64,000 nt of DNA from an uncultured SAR86 cluster bacterium (lineage in GTDB: Bacteria; Pseudomonadota; Gammaproteobacteria; Magnimaribacterales; Magnimaribacteraceae). The notes under the pieces are model-generated. The model had not been told where the DNA came from. It ran no database searches and saw nothing but the letters and a program-made list of their open reading frames with translations. A program made the position numbers and the translations under genes. This document shows, piece after piece, positions 49,097 through 59,422 of this stretch (within the stretch, counting starts at the first letter, position 1; each line of letters starts with the position of its first letter). The stretch is from contig CACLUH010000002.1 in assembly GCA_902610065.1 (NCBI GenBank), forward strand, positions 32,649 to 96,648, in the 5' to 3' direction.

Positions 49097-50164
49097 ATGA
49101 AATTATCAGCAATACTTATTTCAATCCTTTTCTTTGGCATTGTAAGCACTGAAGAACCTGGCTATGTATTTGGCTGGACGCACTTAGCAGACCCAGATCT
49201 GCAAACACCAATAGGAGGATCAACTACAGGTCCTAAGATTGAGATGGATGAAGATCCTAACTCTTATTGGCTTGAACTTCAAAGTCCAGGTCTGTCAAAA
49301 TATGAAAAGGATAGGTTGGCCATTCTTGGCATGCAGGGAGGATATAAAGCAAATTTTGATTTTATGGAAACGATGGGTTTCTTTGAAACTTACTCACCTT
49401 CAAGACCGTATCAATCTTGGGGAACAGAATTTGTGAAAGTCATAGAAGATAAAGAAGATTTCATCAGCCTTCAGCACATTATGGTGATGTTTTTTGAACT
49501 AGATGATGGTTCTATTTCTGATCCAATCGTGGTGAAACATTGGAGACAGGACTGGCATTATGAAGATAAAACCATAAATGTTTATATAGGAGACAATATT
49601 TGGAAAAAACAAACTCTCTCAGACAAGGAAATTCAGGGTAAATGGTCTCAGTCTGTTTATCAGGTCGATGACTCTCCTAGATATCAAGGATATGGTGAAT
49701 GGAAACATTATAAAAATACCTCTACTTGGGTAAGTGAAGAAACCAACAGACCTCTGCCAAGGAGAGAAACTACCATTAGAGACGACTATGATTTACTTTC
49801 AGGCACTAATCTCCACACTATTACTCCTACTGGATGGGTTCACGAGCAGAATAATTCAAAGGTTTTATTAAATGGCAAAGTACTTGCTAAAGAAATAGGT
49901 CTTGCCAGATATCAAATGGTGAGCGATTTTGATTGGAGTGCTGGAGAGGAATACTGGGACAAAACAAAACTTTTTTGGCTTGAGGTTCGAAACTACTGGA
50001 AGAAGACTTTAGAAAAATATGATCAGGTACAAGTTCTAAAGGCCAATCAAGAAAAACTTCTATTTGCTGAGTTGTTTGGGCTCGCAGATTCATACGCAAA
50101 AGGAAATTTAGAGTCCATCAATGAAGTTGCTCCGGTGATCTCAAAATATGTTGAAGAAATCTGA
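49097..50164 (+). CDS. DUF6607-like exported protein
   Basis: Signal peptide; 'DR.AIL.M.G', 'SLQHIMV', 'KHWRQDW', 'YQVDDSPRY', 'RPLPRRE', 'GWVHEQNN'. Confidence 0.7.
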   Translation: MKLSAILISILFFGIVSTEEPGYVFGWTHLADPDLQTPIGGSTTGPKIEMDEDPNSYWLELQSPGLSKYEKDRLAILGMQGGYKANFDFMETMGFFETYSPSRPYQSWGTEFVKVIEDKEDFISLQHIMVMFFELDDGSISDPIVVKHWRQDWHYEDKTINVYIGDNIWKKQTLSDKEIQGKWSQSVYQVDDSPRYQGYGEWKHYKNTSTWVSEETNRPLPRRETTIRDDYDLLSGTNLHTITPTGWVHEQNNSKVLLNGKVLAKEIGLARYQMVSDFDWSAGEEYWDKTKLFWLEVRNYWKKTLEKYDQVQVLKANQEKLLFAELFGLADSYAKGNLESINEVAPVISKYVEEI

Positions 50165-50168
50165 AAAT

Positions 50169-51497
50169 CTAGATGGTGCTGTGATTTTCTACGGCAAAAT
50201 CAACCGACTGTTTTAGCACGTCTACCATCAAATCAATTTCATGATCTCCTATAATAAATGCTGGACCCAGACAAATAATATCTCGATATTGGCCAGTACC
50301 TCCTGGGTATAGAAATACGCCTTCCTCAAGACCTTTTTGCATAACTTTGCTAGTAATTTTCTTAGATTCATCAAATGGTTTTAAGTTGGATTTATCCTCC
50401 ACAATTTCTATACCTATAAGAAGTCCTTTGCCTCTTATCTCGGCAATATTTGGATGTTGTCCTACTTCAGAATTGAGTTTTTGTAATAATTTTTCACCAA
50501 GAGGCTGAACTTTTTCACATAATTTTTCCTCTCTTAGGGTCTTTAGAACTTCAGCAGAAGCTGCGCATGATTGAGGTAGTGCAGCAAATGTATGAAACAT
50601 AACCTCATATCCTGCAGATTGAATGGAGTCAGCTATCGTATCGGTGCTATAGGTTCCCCCAATAGCTGCATATCCTCCACCCATTCCTTTACCTGCTACA
50701 AGGATGTCTGGTTGAGTATTGTAAAAATTACTTGCGAAGTCTATTCCGACTCTCCCAAAGCCTGTCATGACCTCATCAGCAATTAGTAAAATATCATTTT
50801 CTTTTAATATTTTCTCTGCTTCTTCCCAATATCCATCTGGAGGAGTAATTGCTCCTCCACTAGATCCATTTATAGGTTCCATTAAAAGGGCAGCTATATT
50901 TCTTGGATCTAATCTCTTGATCGTATCTCTCAGATTATCTAAATAATAATCTTTTGAGTCAGGATGAAAACTACCTAAAGGACATCTAAGTGGATAAGGT
51001 GTTTCTATTGTGGTTGGTAAAGGGACATAACTTTCCAGTCCTCTTTTTCGAGCTTCATGACCCGAAATACCTGACATATTTAATGTAGTTCCGTGATAAG
51101 AGAGACTTCTGGTAAGAATGATATTCTTTTCATGTTTTCCTCTACTCGCTTGATATTGTATAGCTAGTTTGACTGCAGATTCATTTGCTTCCGATCCACC
51201 TGATGAGAGATGTATTCTAGTTAGATGAGGTGGAAGCCAATGATTTCTCAACTCATCAAGTAAAGCTTCTCTTTCAGGAGTAAGAAAAGGAGGGAGTATG
51301 TATGAATTATTTATTACTGCTCTGGAAATAGCCTCAGCAACTTCTTCTCTACCATAACCAATATTATTTACTATCGCTCCGCCAGCAGCATCCAGAATTT
51401 TTCTTCCGTCTTTAGTGTATAAGTATGCTCCCTTGGAACTTTCAAATTCTATTCCCCAGGTTTGTTTGAGAAAAGGCCATTTTATTTGTTCCATCAA
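50169..51497 (-). CDS. Class III PLP-dependent aminotransferase
   Basis: 'GGSEANE', 'SYHG', 'IADEVMTGFGR', 'PDI...GKG.GGG', 'RGKGL'. Confidence 0.92.
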   Translation of the reverse strand: MMEQIKWPFLKQTWGIEFESSKGAYLYTKDGRKILDAAGGAIVNNIGYGREEVAEAISRAVINNSYILPPFLTPEREALLDELRNHWLPPHLTRIHLSSGGSEANESAVKLAIQYQASRGKHEKNIILTRSLSYHGTTLNMSGISGHEARKRGLESYVPLPTTIETPYPLRCPLGSFHPDSKDYYLDNLRDTIKRLDPRNIAALLMEPINGSSGGAITPPDGYWEEAEKILKENDILLIADEVMTGFGRVGIDFASNFYNTQPDILVAGKGMGGGYAAIGGTYSTDTIADSIQSAGYEVMFHTFAALPQSCAASAEVLKTLREEKLCEKVQPLGEKLLQKLNSEVGQHPNIAEIRGKGLLIGIEIVEDKSNLKPFDESKKITSKVMQKGLEEGVFLYPGGTGQYRDIICLGPAFIIGDHEIDLMVDVLKQSVDFAVENHSTI

Positions 51498-51503
51498 TTC
51501 ACC

Positions 51504-52838
51504 TTAGAATGCTAAAAGTATGTCGTCTATGATTAAAACTGCCATACTCAATTGTAATACTAAACTCCCCCATAAAATTAATTTAGTTGTTACTTTGGGT
51601 TGCAGCTCTGGTTCAAGCTTATTTACCAAATAGAGCGCACCTATATTAACAATTGGCAATCCCATCGCGGCCCATATGCCTGCTATGAGAAGCAAGGTGA
51701 AGGGGTTTGGTAAAACAAAATAGAATAAACCGGAAAGAAATGGGATAACGAAAGCTATGAGCTTGATTAACTTCTTTCTTGTATCTGTTTGCTCTTTTAC
51801 TAGTCCCATAGAAATTAAATAGTCAGATATGGTCCTTGTGAAGGCAGCAGTTCCTGATAAGAGGGTAGAGAACAAAACAAAGAATGCCAAAACGATAAAA
51901 AGCCATTTAGCCCAACCGCCCAGCACGAGAGAGAACATATTTTGAAGAGAACTTATAACATCTATGTCCCAAAAAGAGCTTGTTGCTAAAGATTGTTGTA
52001 ATTCAGGTATATTATAAAGAACACCTGCTCCTAAAAAGAAAAAGGGAAGCGTTCCAAGAGTAATGAAAAAAACTGTCACCCAAACATCAGTTTGCATAGT
52101 TTTTATCCAATGTTTTGTCTCCTCAACATTATTGCCACTATTTTCCGCATATCCTTTTTCTAAACACCAATATGTATAAGCCATTATTTCTCCATAGCTT
52201 ATTCCAGTAAAACCAAAAACAGCTAGAGCTAGGGGTAAGTACCCCGATGGGAAAGAAAAGCTAAGACCAGAAGAGACTTGCACAGCACTGACTTGATAAT
52301 CAGTAGATTGCATTGCAATTGCGATAACCATCGTCATGAAGGAGAAGAACAATACCATCACAAGCAAGGTCTTCTCTAAGCTTTTGTATGATCCAAAATA
52401 CAACAATATCCAAGTAACTAAACAAGAGATTACAACCCATATCTCTACTGTCAGAAAAGGAAACATTGTATTGCCAGCTTCGGCCACAGCACCTGCTAAT
52501 CCACCCATACCGGCAATTGAAGGTATGACTCCGATGAACATGAACCAAACTAACCAAGAAGTAGTTTTTCCTTGGATGGTTGTCTTGAAGCCAGGCATAT
52601 CAGCAAAAGCTTCTAAAAATGTTTTTTTCGTAACAACTACATACCGCGCTATCTCTGCTTGGATGATAGGTTTGCTCCACATGCTTAAGAGCAACCACCA
52701 TAAAAGCATAAACCCAGCAGCCGCTCCCAATAAAGGTGTCATCACTATTGATCCACTGCCTACAACACTACCTGTGACAACCACACTGGGGCCAATGAAT
52801 TTTAATCTTTCAAAAAAGGTTTTAGGTGCTTCTTGCAT
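51504..52838 (-). CDS. Nramp-related (APC fold) secondary transporter
   Basis: About 11 TM helices; N-terminal 'IGP...TGSVVGSG'; no DPGN motif; ATG 52838 preferred. Confidence 0.75.
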   Translation of the reverse strand: MQEAPKTFFERLKFIGPSVVVTGSVVGSGSIVMTPLLGAAAGFMLLWWLLLSMWSKPIIQAEIARYVVVTKKTFLEAFADMPGFKTTIQGKTTSWLVWFMFIGVIPSIAGMGGLAGAVAEAGNTMFPFLTVEIWVVISCLVTWILLYFGSYKSLEKTLLVMVLFFSFMTMVIAIAMQSTDYQVSAVQVSSGLSFSFPSGYLPLALAVFGFTGISYGEIMAYTYWCLEKGYAENSGNNVEETKHWIKTMQTDVWVTVFFITLGTLPFFFLGAGVLYNIPELQQSLATSSFWDIDVISSLQNMFSLVLGGWAKWLFIVLAFFVLFSTLLSGTAAFTRTISDYLISMGLVKEQTDTRKKLIKLIAFVIPFLSGLFYFVLPNPFTLLLIAGIWAAMGLPIVNIGALYLVNKLEPELQPKVTTKLILWGSLVLQLSMAVLIIDDILLAF

Positions 52839-52904
52839 TCTTGTATAGATTTTCTCACTAAATATGGAACAATTCCTCAATTCTTTTCAGAAAAATTAAT
52901 ACCA

Positions 52905-53744
52905 ATGAAATTTAAAGTTAGTTCAGGCCTAAATATCGAGGCAACTGCCTTAGGTAATCCTGATGACCCTCTTGTAATTTTGCTTCATGGAGGTGGTCAA
53001 ACAAGACACGCCTGGGGCGGCACAGCTGAAAAACTATCACAAGCAGGATTCTATGCTGTAGCTATTGACTTAAGAGGACATGGAGACAGTGATTGGAGTA
53101 ATGAAGGAGATTACGCAATTGAGAGCTATAAAGAAGATCTGGTAAGTATTATCCATCAATTAGGCAAAGATGCTTCCTTGATAGGTGCTTCTCTGGGTGG
53201 GATGGTTTCTTTGTGCACCGCAGGTGATAAAGAATGTAGAGATATATGTAATGCCCTAGTTATGGTCGATATAGGGATTTATCCAAATGAAGATGGATCA
53301 AATGAAATTCTTAATTTTATGAGTTCAGGTTCTAAAGGATTTAGTTCGTTAGAAGAAGCATCTGATTCAATCGCTTCCTATCTCCCTCATCGAGAAAAAC
53401 CAAAAGATATCTCGGGTTTAAAAAAGAACCTAAGATTGAAAGAAGATGGAAGATATTATTGGCATTGGGATCCCAGATTCATTGAATCTAGGACAAGTAA
53501 TAGAAGTGATTACAAGTTAAGACAAAAAATGTACGCTGAATCAGTTAATGTTCCTACTTTACTCATTAGGGGAGCTTTAAGTAATGTTGTCACTCAGGAA
53601 GAGGTAGATGATTTCTTAGAAACCATAGATCATGCTGATTTCATTGAGATAGATCGTGCTGCCCACATGATAGCTGGAGATAGAAATGATATTTTTGCTA
53701 ATGCTGCTATTTCTTTTCTACAAAAGACCTTAAATTCAGAGTAA
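52905..53744 (+). CDS. Alpha/beta hydrolase
   Basis: 'LLHGGGQT', 'DLRGHGDS', 'GASLGG', 'WHWDP', 'AAHMIAGD'; ATG 52905. Confidence 0.9.
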   Translation: MKFKVSSGLNIEATALGNPDDPLVILLHGGGQTRHAWGGTAEKLSQAGFYAVAIDLRGHGDSDWSNEGDYAIESYKEDLVSIIHQLGKDASLIGASLGGMVSLCTAGDKECRDICNALVMVDIGIYPNEDGSNEILNFMSSGSKGFSSLEEASDSIASYLPHREKPKDISGLKKNLRLKEDGRYYWHWDPRFIESRTSNRSDYKLRQKMYAESVNVPTLLIRGALSNVVTQEEVDDFLETIDHADFIEIDRAAHMIAGDRNDIFANAAISFLQKTLNSE

Positions 53745-53774
53745 TTTAGAATACCTTTTGATAATATCAATCAC

Positions 53775-54362
53775 ATGATAGTTGGTTTAACTGGTGGAAT
53801 AGGAAGCGGTAAGACTGCAGTTTCAGACTGCTTTGAAGAACTCGGGATAGTTATAGTAGATGCTGATTTAGCTTCAAGAGTAGTAGTCGAAAAAGGTAAA
53901 CCATGCTTAGAACAAATATCTGAACGCTTCGGTCAAGATATCCTAAATGAAGTAGGGGAGTTAGACAGATCAAAATTGAGAGAAATAATCTTTAATTCTG
54001 ATGAAGAGAAAGATTGGCTAGAATCTTTATTGCATCCAGCCATAGCAAGACAAATACAAGACGAACTTAAAGCTTCAACAAGCCCTTATTCTATTTTAGT
54101 TTCACCCCTTTTACTTGAGACAGGTCAAAAAGATTATTGTGATAAAGTTTTAGTGGTCGATGTTCCTGTCGAAACTCAGGTTGAGAGAACCTTAAAAAGA
54201 GATGGGGTATCTGAAGAGCAAGTTCAATCTATTATTAAAGCTCAAATTTCTAGACAAAATAGATTAGAGCTTGCAGATGAAGTTATCATTAATGACGGCA
54301 GTCTTGAGGATCTTCAAATAGTCGTTAAGCAGCTTCATAAAAAAATTATTACAGAAATATGA
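53775..54362 (+). CDS. coaE: Dephospho-CoA kinase
   Basis: 'GLTGGIGSGKT', 'DAD', 'LHP', 'PLLLE'. Confidence 0.95.
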   Translation: MIVGLTGGIGSGKTAVSDCFEELGIVIVDADLASRVVVEKGKPCLEQISERFGQDILNEVGELDRSKLREIIFNSDEEKDWLESLLHPAIARQIQDELKASTSPYSILVSPLLLETGQKDYCDKVLVVDVPVETQVERTLKRDGVSEEQVQSIIKAQISRQNRLELADEVIINDGSLEDLQIVVKQLHKKIITEI

Positions 54363-54541
54363 GATATGTGAAATGTCCTGAATGCGGCGAACAAGCCGAG
54401 TATTCTGAAAAGAACGAACATAGGCCTTTTTGTAGTCGCCGCTGCCAACTTCTTGATTTAGGAGCTTGGGCTAGTGAAGATAGGAAGATAGCAGGAGAAA
54501 AAGTTTTTGACCCAGAAGAGGATTTTGAGACGCGTCATTAA
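54359..54541 (+). CDS. yacG: DNA gyrase inhibitor YacG
   Basis: 'CPECG', 'RPFCSRRCQLLDLGAWA'; follows coaE. Confidence 0.93.
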   Translation: MRYVKCPECGEQAEYSEKNEHRPFCSRRCQLLDLGAWASEDRKIAGEKVFDPEEDFETRH

Positions 54542-55737
54542 CTCCTGTAATCGCTATTGATCAGAACATAATCTTCAGAGAGATCTGAAGTCATCACCTC
54601 AAAGTCTTTTTTACCAAGTCCGAGACTTACTTCGATTAGAATTTCCTTTTTTTTCATTTCCTTTGATGCACGTTTTTCTGAATATTTAGCATCAATATAG
54701 CCTTGTTTCACAAGTGGCTCTCCATTTAATTGAATCTTAACTTTATCGATCTTATCAATATCTTTATTTCTACCTATTGCGGAAAGTATTCTTCCCCAAT
54801 TAGCATCACTTCCAAACATAGCTGTTTTAACTAAAGGTGATTCAGCTATTGTGAATGCTACAGATTTAGCTTGATCAATATTCTTGGCCTTACCTACCTT
54901 GATTTTAATTTTTTTTGTAGCGCCTTCTGCATCTTCTACTAGTAGTTCAGCAAGATCTTTAAAGATTTCTGTAATTGCAATAGAAAGTCTCTTTTCTTCA
55001 AGAGAACCAACTTTTATAGATTTTTCTTTATTACCATTTGCAACTAATAAAGAAGAATCATTAGGAGAAGTATCTCCATCAACAGTAATAGCTTCAAAAC
55101 TTACTTTAAGAGCATTTGAATGGATATTGTTTAGCGATTTTTGACTCAATTTTGCATCAATGAATACAAAACTCAATAATGTAGCAAAGTCGGGTCTGAT
55201 CATCCCCGAACCTTTTGCAAATCCAGTTATAAAATAAGAAGTCTTGCCAACTTTAACTTCTTTAGAAATTATTTTCGGCTTCGTGTCGGTAGTTAAAATA
55301 GCCTCAGAAGCTTTTTTCCATTTTTTCTCGCTTAAACTTTTCGATGCCTCTCTAAAAGCGGATAGATAATTTTTTACAGCTAGTGGCTCTCCAATGACAC
55401 CGGTTGAAAAGGGTATAACATTCTCTTGGCTAGTTTTGAAATCTAGAGCAATTTCTTTGCAGTATTTCCTAACATCTTTTAAACCATTAGGTCCTGTAGC
55501 GGCATTCGCATTTCCAGCATTAATCAATAAAATCTTCTCTGTTTTTTTTAGATTCAATAGATTTTCTATAGCTAATATGACCGGTGCAGCTTTGAGTTTA
55601 TTGGAGGTAAATTTTCCACTAAGTATTGATTCTTGAGGAAGAGTCACTATCAGGCTATCTTCTTTCTTCCCATATCGTGTATTACTTGAAGCCGTACCGA
55701 AGCTTATGCCTTCAATCTTATGTATTCTTTTTGGCAT
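54538..55737 (-). CDS. argJ: Bifunctional ornithine acetyltransferase / N-acetylglutamate synthase
   Basis: 'NAGNANA', 'STGVIG', 'TTDT', 'KGSGMI.P..AT', 'DGDTSPND', 'SPLVKTA', 'NWGRI'. Confidence 0.95.
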   Translation of the reverse strand: MPKRIHKIEGISFGTASSNTRYGKKEDSLIVTLPQESILSGKFTSNKLKAAPVILAIENLLNLKKTEKILLINAGNANAATGPNGLKDVRKYCKEIALDFKTSQENVIPFSTGVIGEPLAVKNYLSAFREASKSLSEKKWKKASEAILTTDTKPKIISKEVKVGKTSYFITGFAKGSGMIRPDFATLLSFVFIDAKLSQKSLNNIHSNALKVSFEAITVDGDTSPNDSSLLVANGNKEKSIKVGSLEEKRLSIAITEIFKDLAELLVEDAEGATKKIKIKVGKAKNIDQAKSVAFTIAESPLVKTAMFGSDANWGRILSAIGRNKDIDKIDKVKIQLNGEPLVKQGYIDAKYSEKRASKEMKKKEILIEVSLGLGKKDFEVMTSDLSEDYVLINSDYRS

Positions 55738-58424
55738 TATTTTTTTCTGGCATTTTTCCTAGCCATTTTTGCTTCTGCTCTTCTAAGTCTTCTGTTACCT
55801 TGATCTTTTGAAGATGACTCTTCTTGCCTGGCGGGATTCAATGCTGATTCAGGACTTTGGTGATCTAAATTCTGAGCCTGATTTTGTTTCGGAAGGTTCA
55901 AATCCCCAGAATCTTCCAGTTCAATCTCCACCCTCGATAAGAATCTTATGCCTTCTAATCTTATTTTATTTAAAAGGCTTTCAAATAGTTCAAATGATTC
56001 TCTTCTAAATTCAAGTTTGGGATTCTTACTGGCATAGCTTCTAAGGCCAATACCTTGTCTCAATGCGTCTACTTCTGCTAAATGATCTTTCCAGGCATTA
56101 TCAATAATTTGAAGAAGTATTTGCTTCTCAAAATCTCTCATGACTGGACCAATACTATTACTCTTTTCGCTATAAGCTTGATTGGCAGATATAAGTATCT
56201 TTTGCTCTACATCTTCTCGTGTCATATTACTATCTGAAGTAATCCACTGTTTAATTGGAATTTGTAGTCCAAATATATTCGAGAGAGAACTTTCCAATAT
56301 ATCTGTATTCCATTCGTGAGGCTCTAAATCTCCAAGAGAAACAGAATCTAATTCATCTGAAATTATGGTTTCCCTCATGGAATCAAGTAGCTCTGTTATA
56401 ACATCAGCCTCGAGAATATTATTTCTTTGCGAATAGATAATCTGTCTTTGCTCATTTGCCATATCATCATATTCAAGTAGCATTTTCCTAATATCGAAAT
56501 TTCTTCCCTCAACTCTTTTTTGTGCTCTTTCTATCGCTCCGCTTAACATCCTATGTTCAATAGATTCTCCTTCCTCCAAACCTACTCTTTGCATAATATT
56601 TTTGAATTGATCGGATGCAAATATTCTCATCAGATTGTCTTCAAGAGAAATATAAAATCTAGATGAACCAGGATCACCTTGTCTGCCTGAACGTCCCCTA
56701 AGCTGATTGTCCATTCTTCTTGATTCGTTCCTCTCGGTCCCAATGACATGTAAGCCTCCAGAGCTGATAACCTCCGAATTTAGCTCTTTCCATTTAGATA
56801 CCAATTCTTCTTTTTTTGAATCATCCTTAGAATGCTTTTCAAACTCTGCTTCCCAGTTTCCGCCCAAAACTATATCTGTTCCTCTTCCTGCCATATTAGT
56901 AGCTATGGTTATAACACTAGGCTTACCAGCTTGTGAAATAATCTCAGCTTCTTTTGCATGATTTTTTGCATTGAGAACTTGATGTTCAATATTTTCCTTT
57001 TTTAAAAGGCTCGATAAGAGCTCTGAGCTCTCTAAAGATGCTGTACCAACCAGTATGGGATTACCCTTATCTTTATATTCCTTTATCTCATCTATTACAG
57101 CTTTGTATTTTTCACCTTGGGTTAAATACACAAGATCATTTTTATCATCGCGAACCATAGGTTCATTTGTTGGTACTTCCAGAACATTAAGACCATAAAT
57201 CTCAGCAAACTCTTCTGCTTCTGTACTTGCTGTACCCGTCATTCCAGATAATTTTTCATATTGCCTGAAGTAGTTTTGGAAAGTACAAGATGCCAAAGTC
57301 TGACTTTCCATTTGTATGGGTACATTTTCTTTTTGCTCTATCGCTTGATGCAAACCATCAGCCAATCTTCTTCCCGGCATAGCTCTGCCTGTATTTTCAT
57401 CAATTAACACTACTTGGTTATTTTGGACCATGTAATCAACATCTTTATTGAAAAGAAAGTGAGCTCTTAGCGAGGATTGAATGTAGTGAAGAAGTCTTAG
57501 ATTTCCAGAAGAGTAAAGACTTTGATCTTCTTCAAGAAGATTATCATTTTTTAATAGCTGCTCAATGAAATCATGTCCAAAATCAGTAAGCTCAACCTGC
57601 TTTGATTTCTCATCTATAACAAAATGACCCGCATCTTCTTTATCTTGATCTTGGCCTTCATCTTCATCTGCCTCATTAATAGATTGTTCTTCTAATTTAG
57701 GAATAAATTTGCTAATTTTTTGGTAAATTTGAGCTGTATTTTCTGCTGGGCCAGAAATAACAAGAGGAGTCCTTGCCTCATCTATAAGGATAGAATCTAC
57801 TTCATCAATGATTGCAAAATAATAGTCATTCATCATCCTATCATTTGTATTCACAACCATATTATTTCTAAGAAAATCAAACCCAAGCTCATTGTTAGTT
57901 GCGTATATAACATCTGCTTCATAAGCAGTTTTTCTTTCATCTAGTTGCTGTCCTGGAATAATAAAAGAAACAGACATTCCTAGATTTTCATATATTGGAC
58001 CCATCCATTCTGCATCCCTTTTTGCTAAGTAATCATTCACTGTGACTAAAATAACTTTTCTTTCGGTTATGGAATTAAGGTATGAAGGTAAGGTGGCTAC
58101 AAGTGTTTTGCCTTCTCCAGTTGCCATTTCAGCTATTTGACAATTATGAAGTGCTATTCCACCTATAAGCTGGCAATCGTAATGCCTTAAACCTAGCTGT
58201 CTTGTACTTACCTCTCTAACAACCGCAAAGGCTTCAGGGAGAAGTGCGTCTAAAGATTCTCCATTGTTGTGGCGATCTATAAAATTTTCTCTCTTATTCC
58301 TTAAATCTTCGTCAGTGAGCTTTGAATATTCTTCCTCAAGGGAATTTATAGAATTCACTAAAGGTTGAATTTTTTTTAATACTTTCTGGTTTTTTGAACC
58401 AAATATTTTATCTAATAGACCCAT
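55737..58424 (-). CDS. secA: Preprotein translocase ATPase SecA
   Basis: 'MATGEGKT', 'DEVDSILIDEARTPL', 'ATNMAGRGTDI', 'QLRGRSGRQGDPG'. Confidence 0.98.
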   Translation of the reverse strand: MGLLDKIFGSKNQKVLKKIQPLVNSINSLEEEYSKLTDEDLRNKRENFIDRHNNGESLDALLPEAFAVVREVSTRQLGLRHYDCQLIGGIALHNCQIAEMATGEGKTLVATLPSYLNSITERKVILVTVNDYLAKRDAEWMGPIYENLGMSVSFIIPGQQLDERKTAYEADVIYATNNELGFDFLRNNMVVNTNDRMMNDYYFAIIDEVDSILIDEARTPLVISGPAENTAQIYQKISKFIPKLEEQSINEADEDEGQDQDKEDAGHFVIDEKSKQVELTDFGHDFIEQLLKNDNLLEEDQSLYSSGNLRLLHYIQSSLRAHFLFNKDVDYMVQNNQVVLIDENTGRAMPGRRLADGLHQAIEQKENVPIQMESQTLASCTFQNYFRQYEKLSGMTGTASTEAEEFAEIYGLNVLEVPTNEPMVRDDKNDLVYLTQGEKYKAVIDEIKEYKDKGNPILVGTASLESSELLSSLLKKENIEHQVLNAKNHAKEAEIISQAGKPSVITIATNMAGRGTDIVLGGNWEAEFEKHSKDDSKKEELVSKWKELNSEVISSGGLHVIGTERNESRRMDNQLRGRSGRQGDPGSSRFYISLEDNLMRIFASDQFKNIMQRVGLEEGESIEHRMLSGAIERAQKRVEGRNFDIRKMLLEYDDMANEQRQIIYSQRNNILEADVITELLDSMRETIISDELDSVSLGDLEPHEWNTDILESSLSNIFGLQIPIKQWITSDSNMTREDVEQKILISANQAYSEKSNSIGPVMRDFEKQILLQIIDNAWKDHLAEVDALRQGIGLRSYASKNPKLEFRRESFELFESLLNKIRLEGIRFLSRVEIELEDSGDLNLPKQNQAQNLDHQSPESALNPARQEESSSKDQGNRRLRRAEAKMARKNARKK

Positions 58425-58479
58425 AAAAATTTGTTAGGCGCAATTCTAACAGCTGCTAACGAATATCAGATAAAAAAAA

Positions 58480-59400
58480 TTATCCTGAACTAGGATCAAT
58501 GATAGGCTCGAGGTATTTGATGGGTGAATTCACTGGATCATCATAAGTTTTAACTTCCCATGTATCCGGTCTTGCAATGAGTTCTCTAAGAAGCGCATTA
58601 TTTACTTTATGACCTGACTTATAGCCTTCGAAAGAGCCTACCAAATTATGACCAAGTAAATATAAATCTCCGATAGCATCAAGGATTTTATGCTTGATCA
58701 TTTCATTCTCAACCCGCAAACCATCTTCATTTAGAATGCAGTCATCTCCTATGGCGATTGTATTTTTAACGCTCGCCCCTAAGGCAAGATTATTTTCATT
58801 TAATGTTTCGAGTTCGCTCATGAACCCGAATGTTCTTGCTCTGCTTACTTCCCTTACGAATGAAGTGCTATTGAAGTTTACAGAAGCCTTTGTGGCATGG
58901 TCCTTGTGAACTGGATGGTCGTATAGCATTGTAAAGTCAACCTTAAATCCTTCAAAAGGTGATACCTGAGCCCAGGCATCATCATGAGATACTTTTACTG
59001 TATCTTTAATTCTTATAAATTTCTTTATTTCGTCTTGTTCCAATAAGCCTGCGGATTCCAGTAAGAAAACGAATGGAGCTGCACTCCCGTCCATTATGGG
59101 AATTTCAGGACCATTAACTTCCACAAAGGCATTATCTATTCCTAGTCCCGCAATAGCAGACATGAGGTGTTCTATGGTTGAGATTCTTGTCTCACCTGAC
59201 ATTAAACAAGTTGACAATGAAGTATCTCCAACATTTTCGGCAGAAGCCTTTATTTCGACAACAGGATCTAAATCAACTCTTTTAAAAATTATCCCCGTAT
59301 CTGTTGGAGCAGGAAGAATCTTGAGTATTATAGGATTTCCTGTATGCAAACCTACACCAAATGCCTTAATGGGATTTTGTAGAGTTCTTTGGGTAAGCAT
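58480..59400 (-). CDS. lpxC: UDP-3-O-acyl-N-acetylglucosamine deacetylase
   Basis: 'GVGLHTG', 'TIEHL', 'DGSA', 'ARTFGF', '[10 protein letters not shown]', 'SGH'. Confidence 0.97.
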   Translation of the reverse strand: MLTQRTLQNPIKAFGVGLHTGNPIILKILPAPTDTGIIFKRVDLDPVVEIKASAENVGDTSLSTCLMSGETRISTIEHLMSAIAGLGIDNAFVEVNGPEIPIMDGSAAPFVFLLESAGLLEQDEIKKFIRIKDTVKVSHDDAWAQVSPFEGFKVDFTMLYDHPVHKDHATKASVNFNSTSFVREVSRARTFGFMSELETLNENNLALGASVKNTIAIGDDCILNEDGLRVENEMIKHKILDAIGDLYLLGHNLVGSFEGYKSGHKVNNALLRELIARPDTWEVKTYDDPVNSPIKYLEPIIDPSSG

Positions 59401-59422
59401 TTAGTTATTCTATAGATAAATT

